This document shows positions 7,558-14,881 of a DNA stretch of 32,000 bases, piece after piece. This DNA comes from Kingella oralis (GTDB taxonomy: Bacteria; Pseudomonadota; Gammaproteobacteria; Burkholderiales; Neisseriaceae). Positions within the stretch are counted from its first letter, which is position 1; the number at the start of each line of letters is the position of its first letter. The DNA lies in the NCBI RefSeq assembly GCF_014054985.1, contig NZ_CP059569.1, forward strand, positions 336,742-368,741, given 5' to 3'. The position numbers and the translations under genes were made by a program. A model generated the notes under the pieces. It was not told where the DNA came from, made no database searches, and worked only from the letters and a program-made list of their open reading frames with translations.

Positions 7558-8655
7558 CTATTCGCTGCCCAATTGTGCGTGCTGTTGCGACTCTACATTG
7601 CGGGCTGCTCTGTTGTAATGTTCAGTCTGCCTGTTGTCGTTTGGCTCTCGGAATGGGTCAAACGGCAAGCCGTCTTCTACATACTTCAAACACAATTCTT
7701 TGGGTACCTCTTTGAGTTTGGTGGCTTGGTCGCTGTAACATGTGCAGCCTGTTTTTCCGCCTTTAATACACGCTGCAATGCGTTCATATTGTTTGACTTG
7801 TCTCACGTTGTCATAAAGTGGTTTGCTTTCGGGTTTTTCGGGTAGCGTAGGCACGTACATTTGCGCGTTAAGAGAGGGGTTCATGCTTGTTGTTTGATTG
7901 GGCTCTATGGCATTGGTTGGATAATTGCCGTTATTGCTTGTTGCCGCTTCACTGGCACTTTGGCTAATTTGTTGCTCTTGGTTTGGCGAAATATAGCGTT
8001 CTTTCATTCTGCCCCAAACGTGATAACCGAACCAAAGCATAAATGGTACAAACAACAGCATGAATATCATAATGCGCGGAATGCGGCGGTTTACCTTGGT
8101 ATGAATCTCTGCGGATTTATATGTGCCGAACACTTTTTTAGGTAAAGTGAACTGTCGCTCAATGGCACGCGCTATATTGATTTGATTTTCAGGTTGGTCA
8201 ACGCACTCATTCCACTCATACAGCTTTCTACCTATGGGTTTGATGCTGATGTGCATGTGGCGTTGAACCAGCTTACGTACAAATGGATCAAGAAAGCTGG
8301 GATGCTGGGTAATCAGCACAATATCCAATCCATGATGTCTATGCGTGGCTAATGCCTGAATAAAAGCGGGTACTTTGCTAGCTGCCGGGCGATTGCCCAT
8401 AAGGCGTTGTGCTTCATCTATGATTACCAACGAGCCATAGGGTAAGAAGTCTTGAAAGGGTTGGTCCTTAATTTGCTCATCAGTTAATTCTTGATGCTCA
8501 ATTTGCAGCTCATTGATGCCGTTTACAAACAATGGACGTTTCTTTTTAACACCATCCTTGTCTGTGAAATGGGTATAGGTTTCATCCGTCATTAGGATAT
8601 TCACGATGGATGCGGTTTTACCCGAACCCGGAACGCCTGTTTGCAGAATAATCAT
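7558..8655 (-). CDS. zonula occludens toxin (Zot) family / pI-like assembly ATPase
   Basis: A 365-aa ORF. Walker A is at the N-terminus (MIILQTGVPGSGKT) and Walker B is LVIIDEAQ, followed by a mid-protein TM helix (IMIFMLLFVPFMLWFGYHVW). This is the standard Zot/pI architecture. Confidence 0.9.
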   Translation of the reverse strand: MIILQTGVPGSGKTASIVNILMTDETYTHFTDKDGVKKKRPLFVNGINELQIEHQELTDEQIKDQPFQDFLPYGSLVIIDEAQRLMGNRPAASKVPAFIQALATHRHHGLDIVLITQHPSFLDPFVRKLVQRHMHISIKPIGRKLYEWNECVDQPENQINIARAIERQFTLPKKVFGTYKSAEIHTKVNRRIPRIMIFMLLFVPFMLWFGYHVWGRMKERYISPNQEQQISQSASEAATSNNGNYPTNAIEPNQTTSMNPSLNAQMYVPTLPEKPESKPLYDNVRQVKQYERIAACIKGGKTGCTCYSDQATKLKEVPKELCLKYVEDGLPFDPFREPNDNRQTEHYNRAARNVESQQHAQLGSE

Positions 8656-8680
8656 TTAAGCCCCTTTTTGATTTACTTCA

Positions 8681-8968
8681 CTACATTTTGTTCATAATTC
8701 CTGCTTGCAATTTGGAAGCGGAAGCCATTGCCGCTTTAAAGGCAAATGCACCGAAGATAATGCCGATTGCTTGCCCTAGCCCTGCCATCATCAGCAAATT
8801 AAATACGTCGGACGGAATGCTGTTTACGCTGTTCATAAAGTAGTTTTTAAGCGTGTTGAGTGAAAGCGTAATGCCCGTGTAGGTAATCAGTGAAATACCT
8901 AATGCAAGCAGAACGCGGGAGCCAACCCATACCAATAGTTTTTGAAACAACGGTATCAGTGCATTCAT
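8681..8968 (-). CDS. pVI-like minor coat/membrane protein (DUF2523-like)
   Basis: A 95-aa ORF with 2-3 hydrophobic helices, located between the pIII-like and Zot genes. The assignment is mainly positional. Confidence 0.6.
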   Translation of the reverse strand: MNALIPLFQKLLVWVGSRVLLALGISLITYTGITLSLNTLKNYFMNSVNSIPSDVFNLLMMAGLGQAIGIIFGAFAFKAAMASASKLQAGIMNKM

Positions 8969-8980
8969 AATTAAGCCTTT

Positions 8981-10627
8981 CTATGCGTTCTTTTTACCAA
9001 AAATAATAAACCCTGCTGTCATAAAGGCTACGGCAATCACAAGGGCGCGTATCATTCCTGAATAACGACAGAATAAGTCATAGCTGAAATCATAGGTGCG
9101 CCCCATCAAAACCATTTGTTTAGGCGGCGGGCACGAACCATCACCGGGCAAAAAATTATCAGGTGAGTACGTTGTTTTATCTTCATGCTTGCCTATGGCA
9201 TCGCCAAACGGATTGGAGCCGTTATCCTCTATATCACCCATTGGTACACAACCGACTGAATTAGGATGCTCTTCACAGTTGCCGCCGTTACCTTTTTTGT
9301 CATCATCAGAACCGTTATTTGAACCTAATGGGCTGTTATTGCCATTGGGACTATTGTTTTCACTTGGCTTTGAATCGTCTTCTTTGTCTGGGCGCGGTAA
9401 ATTTTTTACCGTTACATTGTTGTAAACATTGGATACGCCTGCTGTTGGATTGCCTGCATTGCCACCTGCTTTGGGATTTGGCTCGGGTTTAGGTGCGCCT
9501 ATATTCACAACGTCTTGCTTGGTTTCGCCATTGTTATCACGGTATGGACTGCTGATAACGGAGAAGCCGCTGCCTGCTTGCCATTGGAAATCGGCTTCGT
9601 CTGGCTTGGCTGTCGCCAAAATATCTTTGCCTATCACAGGGTGATTAATATAGTCGTTGGGATTTTTTTTGCTATCTTCGGCAGCAAAGTTTGAAATATC
9701 TACGATTGTTAACTCTTCTTCTTTCTCTGATATTTTTTTAATAATGTATTGAAAACCCCCTACACTACGTTTTTTCGTACCCAAGTCTTCAAATGACCAT
9801 TTGCAATCAAAAACAATTAAATCATCTTTACTATTTTGTGATTTTTCAAAACTTTCAAATTCTGGTTTATAGCTAGAATAAGCATTTGGTGCAGCTGCTT
9901 TACAAGCTCTCTCTGCTGCTTCTATTGCTTGTGATTCTGTTACAAAATATTTACTAATCACATTTGCTTTGTTTAAATTATCACCATGAGAATACGCATG
10001 ATATTTCACTTTGCGCTTATATTTGCCATCTTTGTCTTTCTCAAAGCCCGCTTGCTCGGCTTGGGAGCAGATGCCAGATGGCAAAGCATTCATTAATCCA
10101 GCATAGTTAAGCATACAAATAGGAACACCCCCACCAATTACAGTACCGCCAACAGTAGCGGCACATCTCGCATTTGTAATACATTTGGTAACGAGTGGCG
10201 GAATCACATTCCTTAACACAATCGCCCCCACCCGAACCACTATCCCAGCTAGAGCAGGAAGAAATACTGGTTGAGCAGTAAATTGTTGTTGATTTGGGCG
10301 ATAGACGGGGTAAACATAATTTCCAGCATAATAAGGATTAAAACTAGGGCTAGAATTAAAAGCAGCGTTTTCGTAGGCATAAAAATCACTTGCATGCTTG
10401 GTTTTGAAATCTAATCGCTTAGTGGTAAAGGTGGTACGGAATAAATCGGTTTGGGCGTTATATTGCCAATTTCTGTTTTTAATAACGCTGGGATTGAGGT
10501 TGAATGTGAGCCGACCATTTTCTGCGTAAATGTAATTGCCACCTGTGAACTGGACAATGTTCTCTGCTCTTGCATTGATAGCCAATATTGAAAAGGATAG
10601 TGCAATCAGTGTTATAAGCTGTTTCAT
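8981..10627 (-). CDS. pIII-like adsorption / minor coat protein (TspB-related type)
   Basis: A 548-aa ORF. It has a signal peptide (MKQLITLIALSFSILAINARA|EN), a long G/N/P/S/D-rich low-complexity linker (...NNSPNGNNSPLGSNNGSDDDKKGNGGN...) and a C-terminal membrane anchor (ALVIAVAFMTAGFIIFGKK). It sits immediately upstream of the pVI-like and pI-like genes. Confidence 0.75.
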   Translation of the reverse strand: MKQLITLIALSFSILAINARAENIVQFTGGNYIYAENGRLTFNLNPSVIKNRNWQYNAQTDLFRTTFTTKRLDFKTKHASDFYAYENAAFNSSPSFNPYYAGNYVYPVYRPNQQQFTAQPVFLPALAGIVVRVGAIVLRNVIPPLVTKCITNARCAATVGGTVIGGGVPICMLNYAGLMNALPSGICSQAEQAGFEKDKDGKYKRKVKYHAYSHGDNLNKANVISKYFVTESQAIEAAERACKAAAPNAYSSYKPEFESFEKSQNSKDDLIVFDCKWSFEDLGTKKRSVGGFQYIIKKISEKEEELTIVDISNFAAEDSKKNPNDYINHPVIGKDILATAKPDEADFQWQAGSGFSVISSPYRDNNGETKQDVVNIGAPKPEPNPKAGGNAGNPTAGVSNVYNNVTVKNLPRPDKEDDSKPSENNSPNGNNSPLGSNNGSDDDKKGNGGNCEEHPNSVGCVPMGDIEDNGSNPFGDAIGKHEDKTTYSPDNFLPGDGSCPPPKQMVLMGRTYDFSYDLFCRYSGMIRALVIAVAFMTAGFIIFGKKNA

Positions 10628-10631
10628 GGTT

Positions 10632-10703
10632 TCAGTTTTTCATAAAGAGGATGTAAATAACCATTGCCATTAGTGCGATGCCGAGAAAGAAATAAAAATC
10701 CAT
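10632..10703 (-). CDS. 23-aa hydrophobic peptide (pVII/pIX-like candidate)
   Basis: Not in the ORF track. The minus strand reads ATG GAT TTT TAT ... AAC TGA, giving MDFYFFLGIALMAMVIYILFMKN. Its ATG overlaps the stop of the upstream ORF by 1 nt, and its stop lies 4 nt before the pIII-like ATG, so the genes appear translationally coupled. Confidence 0.4.
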   Translation of the reverse strand: MDFYFFLGIALMAMVIYILFMKN

Positions 10704-10996
10704 CATGATGTGAGCCTATTTAATAATCCACCAATGTTTGACGTTGCCCAAAGTACAACTGCAATTACAAGAAAGAGTGAGCCTACTTCTAAACCGTCTT
10801 TAAAATTCTGCTCGGGGCTACATTCAGGTAGTGAAATTTGTATGCTTTTACCTTCATATTGCCAACCTTGCGTTTTAGTGTAGGTGGGCTGATATAGTTT
10901 GCCATCTGCGGTTATGGTGGGAATGATTTGTGAGAAATAATGGTTTTCTGCGATTTTTTTATCGCTGAAACATTGATTGCCGATTTGATAGCCCAT
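10703..10996 (-). CDS. hypothetical phage protein with C-terminal TM helix
   Basis: A 97-aa ORF with an AAAGGGG Shine-Dalgarno and a C-terminal helix, LFLVIAVVLWATSNIGGLL. I recognise no family. Confidence 0.55.
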   Translation of the reverse strand: MGYQIGNQCFSDKKIAENHYFSQIIPTITADGKLYQPTYTKTQGWQYEGKSIQISLPECSPEQNFKDGLEVGSLFLVIAVVLWATSNIGGLLNRLTS

Positions 10997-11020
10997 GATT
11001 GCCCCTTTATCATATGGTGA

Positions 11021-11440
11021 TTAATTTTGGTTTTGTGCGTCTAATAACTTTTGTTCTAATGCTTTCTCTTCATCTTCTAGCTCCTGGACAATGGCAGCTA
11101 AATCGGTTTCCCATTCGGCTTGTTTCTGTGCTTCCTGTTCATCTTTTTCAGCTTCCATTTGTGCTATACGCTGCTCATGCTCTTCTCTTGCCTTTTCTAT
11201 GGCTTCTTCTCTTGCTAAACGTATTTGCGCGAGTTTTAAGCGTATTTCGTCTATTTCTAACCTAATTTGTTGATGCTTTTGTTTGTCTTGTTCACGTTGC
11301 TTCTTTTTCTTGCTATCTAAAATATCGGCAACAATACGAAAGACGAACATGACGACAAAGATAGGTAAAGCAATGCTTGCCATTTCTTTTACATCTTTAA
11401 GCGTTTCGCTTAATCCGCCTGTTAATGCTTCTTGCAACAT
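11021..11440 (-). CDS. hypothetical membrane-anchored coiled-coil protein
   Basis: A 139-aa ORF with an N-terminal TM helix (IALPIFVVMFVFRIVADIL), then KKKKQREQ, then about 90 aa of E/K/Q/R-rich heptad-like sequence. An AAGGA Shine-Dalgarno lies upstream. Confidence 0.6.
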   Translation of the reverse strand: MLQEALTGGLSETLKDVKEMASIALPIFVVMFVFRIVADILDSKKKKQREQDKQKHQQIRLEIDEIRLKLAQIRLAREEAIEKAREEHEQRIAQMEAEKDEQEAQKQAEWETDLAAIVQELEDEEKALEQKLLDAQNQN

Positions 11441-11527
11441 GGTTTTTTTTATCCTTAGGTTAATTTCAGCATAGCAGCTATAAAGTAAAAAACTTACCTT
11501 AGAGCTACTATGCTGAATGCAACGTCA

Positions 11528-11737
11528 TTACAAGAAGCGTTTAATCATTTTGTAACCGAACGCTACAACCAATACGCCCAGAACCAAACCTGCTAGCTCT
11601 GTAACGTCGGTTTTTGCTGTGCCGATTTCTGTTTTTACAGATTCAGGAATGGCAGCTTGTGCGGCTACAACTGCGCTCATCATCACGGATGCGAGTGCTG
11701 CTTTTTTCGCATTAAAGCGAGTGGTTAATTTGTTCAT
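11528..11737 (-). CDS. major coat protein (pVIII-like)
   Basis: A 69-aa ORF with a strong AAGGAG Shine-Dalgarno 7 nt upstream. The signal peptide ends AAQA|A. The mature part of about 41 aa has an acidic N-terminus, a hydrophobic core (LAGLVLGVLVVAFGY) and a basic C-terminus (KMIKRFL). Confidence 0.85.
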   Translation of the reverse strand: MNKLTTRFNAKKAALASVMMSAVVAAQAAIPESVKTEIGTAKTDVTELAGLVLGVLVVAFGYKMIKRFL

Positions 11738-11820
11738 GATGAACTCCTTAAAAAGTTGTTAATAAAATGGGCGGTTATTGGGGCTTTTATCCGCGCGACC
11801 GCCCGCACGCGGTAAAGTTT

Positions 11821-12123
11821 TTAAGATGCAGTGGCTTTTGCTGCTGCTACTGGTTTGATTTGGTAAATTTCATTTACCAACTTGCCTTTTTTCATTGTCT
11901 GCCGCATGTCAAACTCAATTTCACATGGCAGTTTGCCTTTGAAATGCAATAATTCAGCGTGTTTGGCTTCATCGCCATATTCGCATTCCAGATAGTCAAC
12001 GCCGAACTCATTTGCGCTGGTTTCGGAAATGGGTAGCTCAATCGTTAGGCGGGTGTAGTCATACTCGGTGCCGTTGTCCATTACGCCTTTGTTCCAGCGG
12101 ATTCGTGTTAGTTTTGCTTTCAT
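11821..12123 (-). CDS. hypothetical phage protein (positional candidate for pV-like ssDNA-binding protein)
   Basis: A 100-aa ORF between the Rep and coat genes. It is followed by a GC-rich hairpin (GGGCGGT...ACCGCCC, about 11770-11805) and then a T-rich tract. The function is inferred from position only. Confidence 0.5.
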   Translation of the reverse strand: MKAKLTRIRWNKGVMDNGTEYDYTRLTIELPISETSANEFGVDYLECEYGDEAKHAELLHFKGKLPCEIEFDMRQTMKKGKLVNEIYQIKPVAAAKATAS

Positions 12124-12172
12124 GTTTTTGCCTTTCAGGTCGGAGGTTAAAAATAGGTTAGTCGGTTATTCT

Positions 12173-12439
12173 TTACTTTGATTTTTTGCGTTTGTTTTTT
12201 CTTGCACCGAAACGAACTTCCATTCGTTGCCAGCCGTTAGCTTCTTGGCTATCGGTTTTTTCATAGACGCGGGATTGTTGTTTGTTTTCATTTTTGTTCT
12301 TTTGCTGTTCTGCCAAAAGAATAAAAATATCAATCGGCTCTAAACCTTTGGCTTCGCAATGCTCAATAAACTGCTTTGCGCGCTTTTCGGCTTCTTTGAT
12401 TGCTTTTACAAACTTTTCATGCTTAGTTCGCTTTTTCAT
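12173..12439 (-). CDS. hypothetical basic phage protein
   Basis: An 88-aa, K/E-rich ORF with an AAAGGG Shine-Dalgarno. I recognise no family. Confidence 0.5.
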   Translation of the reverse strand: MKKRTKHEKFVKAIKEAEKRAKQFIEHCEAKGLEPIDIFILLAEQQKNKNENKQQSRVYEKTDSQEANGWQRMEVRFGARKNKRKKSK

Positions 12440-12463
12440 GTTTTGCCCTTTCTTGGCGGTTGG

Positions 12464-13978
12464 TTAAAGTTGGTCATACCATGCTGCTTGCCAGCTGTTG
12501 TCAAATGATTGTTGTATACGAAATAATTTTGCTTGCTCGGCTAACTTGTCCATTCGTTGATGGAATTTGGCTTGCCGCTCTCTTTCGCTTATTTCGTTCA
12601 TGTAGTTTTTGACTTCGCTGTTATGCTGGTTGGCGATGGTTTTCATTTGGTGGATGTATTGGACGTTGGCTTGGCGGCAGTCGTGTTTGTCTGCGCCTAG
12701 GCGTTTGGGTAGTTTGGTTTTGCCCCCTTTCAACAAAACTTTGATTTCTTCGTCGTCAAAGCCAAACCGTTCCAGTGCGTTAATACAGGGGCTGCAGGCT
12801 TGGCTTGCGTACTTTAAAACGTGTTCTAGGTTAATCATTTCGGTTTTTTTGATGCGCTCGGCTTTTTTGAGTTGTTCGCGAAACCGACTGAATAGGTCTT
12901 GGCAGATGGGATAGGCGGCGGTTAGGTAGCTACCTGCGCTGATTAAAATATCGTGTGGGATGATGTAATCGCGGTTACGGAGCTGTAATTCAAAGCGTAC
13001 CCATGGGCTGCTGTTGTCGCCTTGTTCGCAGCCTTTGTCGTAAACGCGTACCATACGGCTGCTGTTGGGTGTGCCTACGTAAAAGGTTTTGCCTGTGCGT
13101 TTGTCGTCTAGCCAGTCGTAGCCGTGTAGCCTTGCTCTTGGGCGTTGTCCTTTGTTGTCAAAGCCACCGCTTTCCCATGCGGTTTTGGCTTGGTCGGGGG
13201 TGAATTCGCCGTTGATGAAGTCGTGGGCTAAGTCTATGCGGGTGATTTTGGCAAAGGGGGCGAATACTTCTAGCCAGCTATATAGGCGGTTTTCCCAGCC
13301 GTCTTGGGCTGCGGTTAAGCCGTCGCCGTATAGGTGTATCATGATGCTATCTTTTTGGTTGAGACCGCCAAAGGCGATAACGCCGTATTTGGCTGTTTCC
13401 GTACCCATTAGAAAGCTGTATTTGTAGCCGTTGATGCCGTTTTTTTGTTGGTAGATGCCGAAGCCCATTAGGGTGTGCATGAGTTCGGAGAGTTTTTCGG
13501 CAAGCTGGCGGATGTTTTCGGGGTGTTGGCCGTCTATGGGTAGGTCGGGTTCAACTAATACGTCTTGGGTAAAGGTAAATGTGAGTGTGTCTATGTGGGC
13601 TGCAGTTGCGTTGCCTTGACGTAGTGGAATTTCTTTGAGTTTGCCGTTTACCATGACGAATTGACTGGTTTTAGTGCTGTGGGCGTGTAGGGTGGGTTTT
13701 TGGGCTTTGCTGCTTTTGTCCGCCGTTTCACAAGCTGCGCCGTTTTGTCCCCCCGTGTTACTAGCGGGGGCGCTTTGCGCCGCCGTGTCTGCAATCGCCT
13801 GACGGCTGCTTGCCGCCACGTCGTCGCAACCGCTCGCTGCTGTATCTGCGGCTTGTTTTTCTAGGCGTGTGAAGCCACGTTTGGCATCGGCTTTACGGGT
13901 GTAGCTGCGGATGAATTGACCGTTGATGTATAAATCAAACTTGCCTTGTTCGTTTTGGGTGATTTGGCAGGTGTTCAT
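12464..13978 (-). CDS. rolling-circle replication initiation protein (Rep_trans / pII-RstA type)
   Basis: A 504-aa ORF. The C-terminal two-thirds carry motifs typical of the replication initiation factor family (ITRIDLAHDF, MVRVYDKG). Its start overlaps the upstream ORF stop (ATGA). Confidence 0.85.
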   Translation of the reverse strand: MNTCQITQNEQGKFDLYINGQFIRSYTRKADAKRGFTRLEKQAADTAASGCDDVAASSRQAIADTAAQSAPASNTGGQNGAACETADKSSKAQKPTLHAHSTKTSQFVMVNGKLKEIPLRQGNATAAHIDTLTFTFTQDVLVEPDLPIDGQHPENIRQLAEKLSELMHTLMGFGIYQQKNGINGYKYSFLMGTETAKYGVIAFGGLNQKDSIMIHLYGDGLTAAQDGWENRLYSWLEVFAPFAKITRIDLAHDFINGEFTPDQAKTAWESGGFDNKGQRPRARLHGYDWLDDKRTGKTFYVGTPNSSRMVRVYDKGCEQGDNSSPWVRFELQLRNRDYIIPHDILISAGSYLTAAYPICQDLFSRFREQLKKAERIKKTEMINLEHVLKYASQACSPCINALERFGFDDEEIKVLLKGGKTKLPKRLGADKHDCRQANVQYIHQMKTIANQHNSEVKNYMNEISERERQAKFHQRMDKLAEQAKLFRIQQSFDNSWQAAWYDQL

Positions 13979-14235
13979 TTTGCGGCTCTCTTTGCTGCTT
14001 GTTGGTTTTGACGGGCAAGTTGTCGCCAGTCGGTTTTTTCGTACTCAATCGCGTGTTCAAAAACGTTTAGATGCTTGGCTTCAAATTGGGCGATTTTTTG
14101 ACAGACTTCGGCTAGGGTTTGGCAGATTTGGGTTTCTATTGCGCCTGTATTCGTTGCGTTAATAACTAGCATATTTAGCTGATAGTTTTGGCTTTCGGCG
14201 TTGCGTTTGATTTGGACGGATAAGTCGATGTTCAT
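13975..14235 (-). CDS. hypothetical phage protein (first gene of the operon)
   Basis: An 86-aa ORF whose AAGGGG Shine-Dalgarno is embedded in the hairpin at 14242-14270. It is translationally coupled to rep. Confidence 0.5.
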   Translation of the reverse strand: MNIDLSVQIKRNAESQNYQLNMLVINATNTGAIETQICQTLAEVCQKIAQFEAKHLNVFEHAIEYEKTDWRQLARQNQQAAKRAAK

Positions 14236-14289
14236 AAGAAAAGCCCCTTAACTCTTTTAAGTAAGGGGCTATCAGCCTTGCGGCGTATG

Positions 14290-14313
14290 ATGGCTTGTTG
14301 CCTAAGATACTGT
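14290..14313. repeat. IS-left-end-like terminus of the prophage plus core, copy 3 (ATGGCTTGTTGCCTAA|GATACTGT)
   Basis: It is homologous to 7125-7147. The last 10 nt, AAGATACTGT, are identical to 5813-5822. The first DUS after the island begins about 37 bp to the right. Confidence 0.6.
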
Positions 14314-14362
14314 CAGATATGATGCCCCTTGTGGAGCTTTGAATATACAAGGCAGCCTGAAA

Positions 14363-14788
14363 ATGGAAATAAAACCGCCCCGAGATAAATTTGACCTTGA
14401 TGCCGTTGCGGCGCTGGCGGGCGTGGATGGGGCAACGTTGCGCCCGCTGCTGCCCGACTTGTTGGCATGGCTGCAAGATGCCAACTGGCTGATTGCCGCG
14501 CCGCTGGCAGACGTTTTGCGCCCGCATCAGCAGGCGTTTGATGCGGAGTTGGCGGCGGTGTTGCGCGGCGAGGATGCGGTTTGGAAAGTGTCGCTGCTGG
14601 CGGGCTTGTTGGATTATCGCGCGGGGGCGGAGACGGTGCGGGCGGCGGAGCGGATTGCGGCTTGCCCAACGGCGGCGGAGCGGGCGGAGGGGCAGATGAA
14701 GCGGCGCGGGATTTTTTGGTGCGGCGGAGGCAGCCTGAAAAGGGGTTTTAGCTTGGCAACTTCGCTGTGTTACGCAGGTGGCTTTTAG
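14363..14788 (+). CDS. DUF5071 domain-containing protein
   Basis: From ORF 14339..14788 (TTG start); ATG 14363 (MEIKPPRDKFDLDAV...LLPDLLAWLQDANWLIAAPLADVL...) is the likely start. The pattern is recalled as DUF5071. The C-terminal tail reads through a DUS, so the exact end is uncertain. Confidence 0.6.
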   Translation: MEIKPPRDKFDLDAVAALAGVDGATLRPLLPDLLAWLQDANWLIAAPLADVLRPHQQAFDAELAAVLRGEDAVWKVSLLAGLLDYRAGAETVRAAERIAACPTAAERAEGQMKRRGIFWCGGGSLKRGFSLATSLCYAGGF

Positions 14789-14881
14789 GCTATGGGAAAG
14801 ATGGCGGCAAAGGTTGATGTTGCGCGGGGTGCAGGGGCTTGCCCCTGCTCGTGGTAGGCGGCGAAACGCCTGCGCTGGGAA

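Larger units (their letters stand above)
7148..14313 (-). mobile_element. filamentous (inovirus, Nf/MDA-like) prophage, about 7.2 kb
   Basis: All genes are on the minus strand, tightly packed, in the canonical inovirus order: small ORF, Rep_trans-type replication initiator, small ORFs, 69-aa major coat protein, pIII-like adsorption protein, pVI-like protein, Zot/pI ATPase. The segment is visibly AT-rich compared with its flanks and contains no DUS. It is bounded by homologous 23-24 bp repeats that end in GATACTGT. Confidence 0.85.

Noticed and set aside
7238-7845. Plus-strand ORFs of 98-126 aa in the Zot/IS intergenic region and over the Zot 3' end.
   Set aside because: They have no ribosome-binding sites and overlap the well-supported Zot CDS on the opposite strand. 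The AT-rich sequence gives Cys/Leu/Phe-rich peptides that look unlike real proteins.
5813-14313. XerCD/dif-mediated or tRNA-targeted integration of the filamentous prophage, as in CTXphi-type phages.
   Set aside because: I see no 28-bp dif-like sequence (..ATAATGTATATTATG..-type) and no tRNA gene at either junction. The junction repeats instead match the end of the adjacent IS110-family element.
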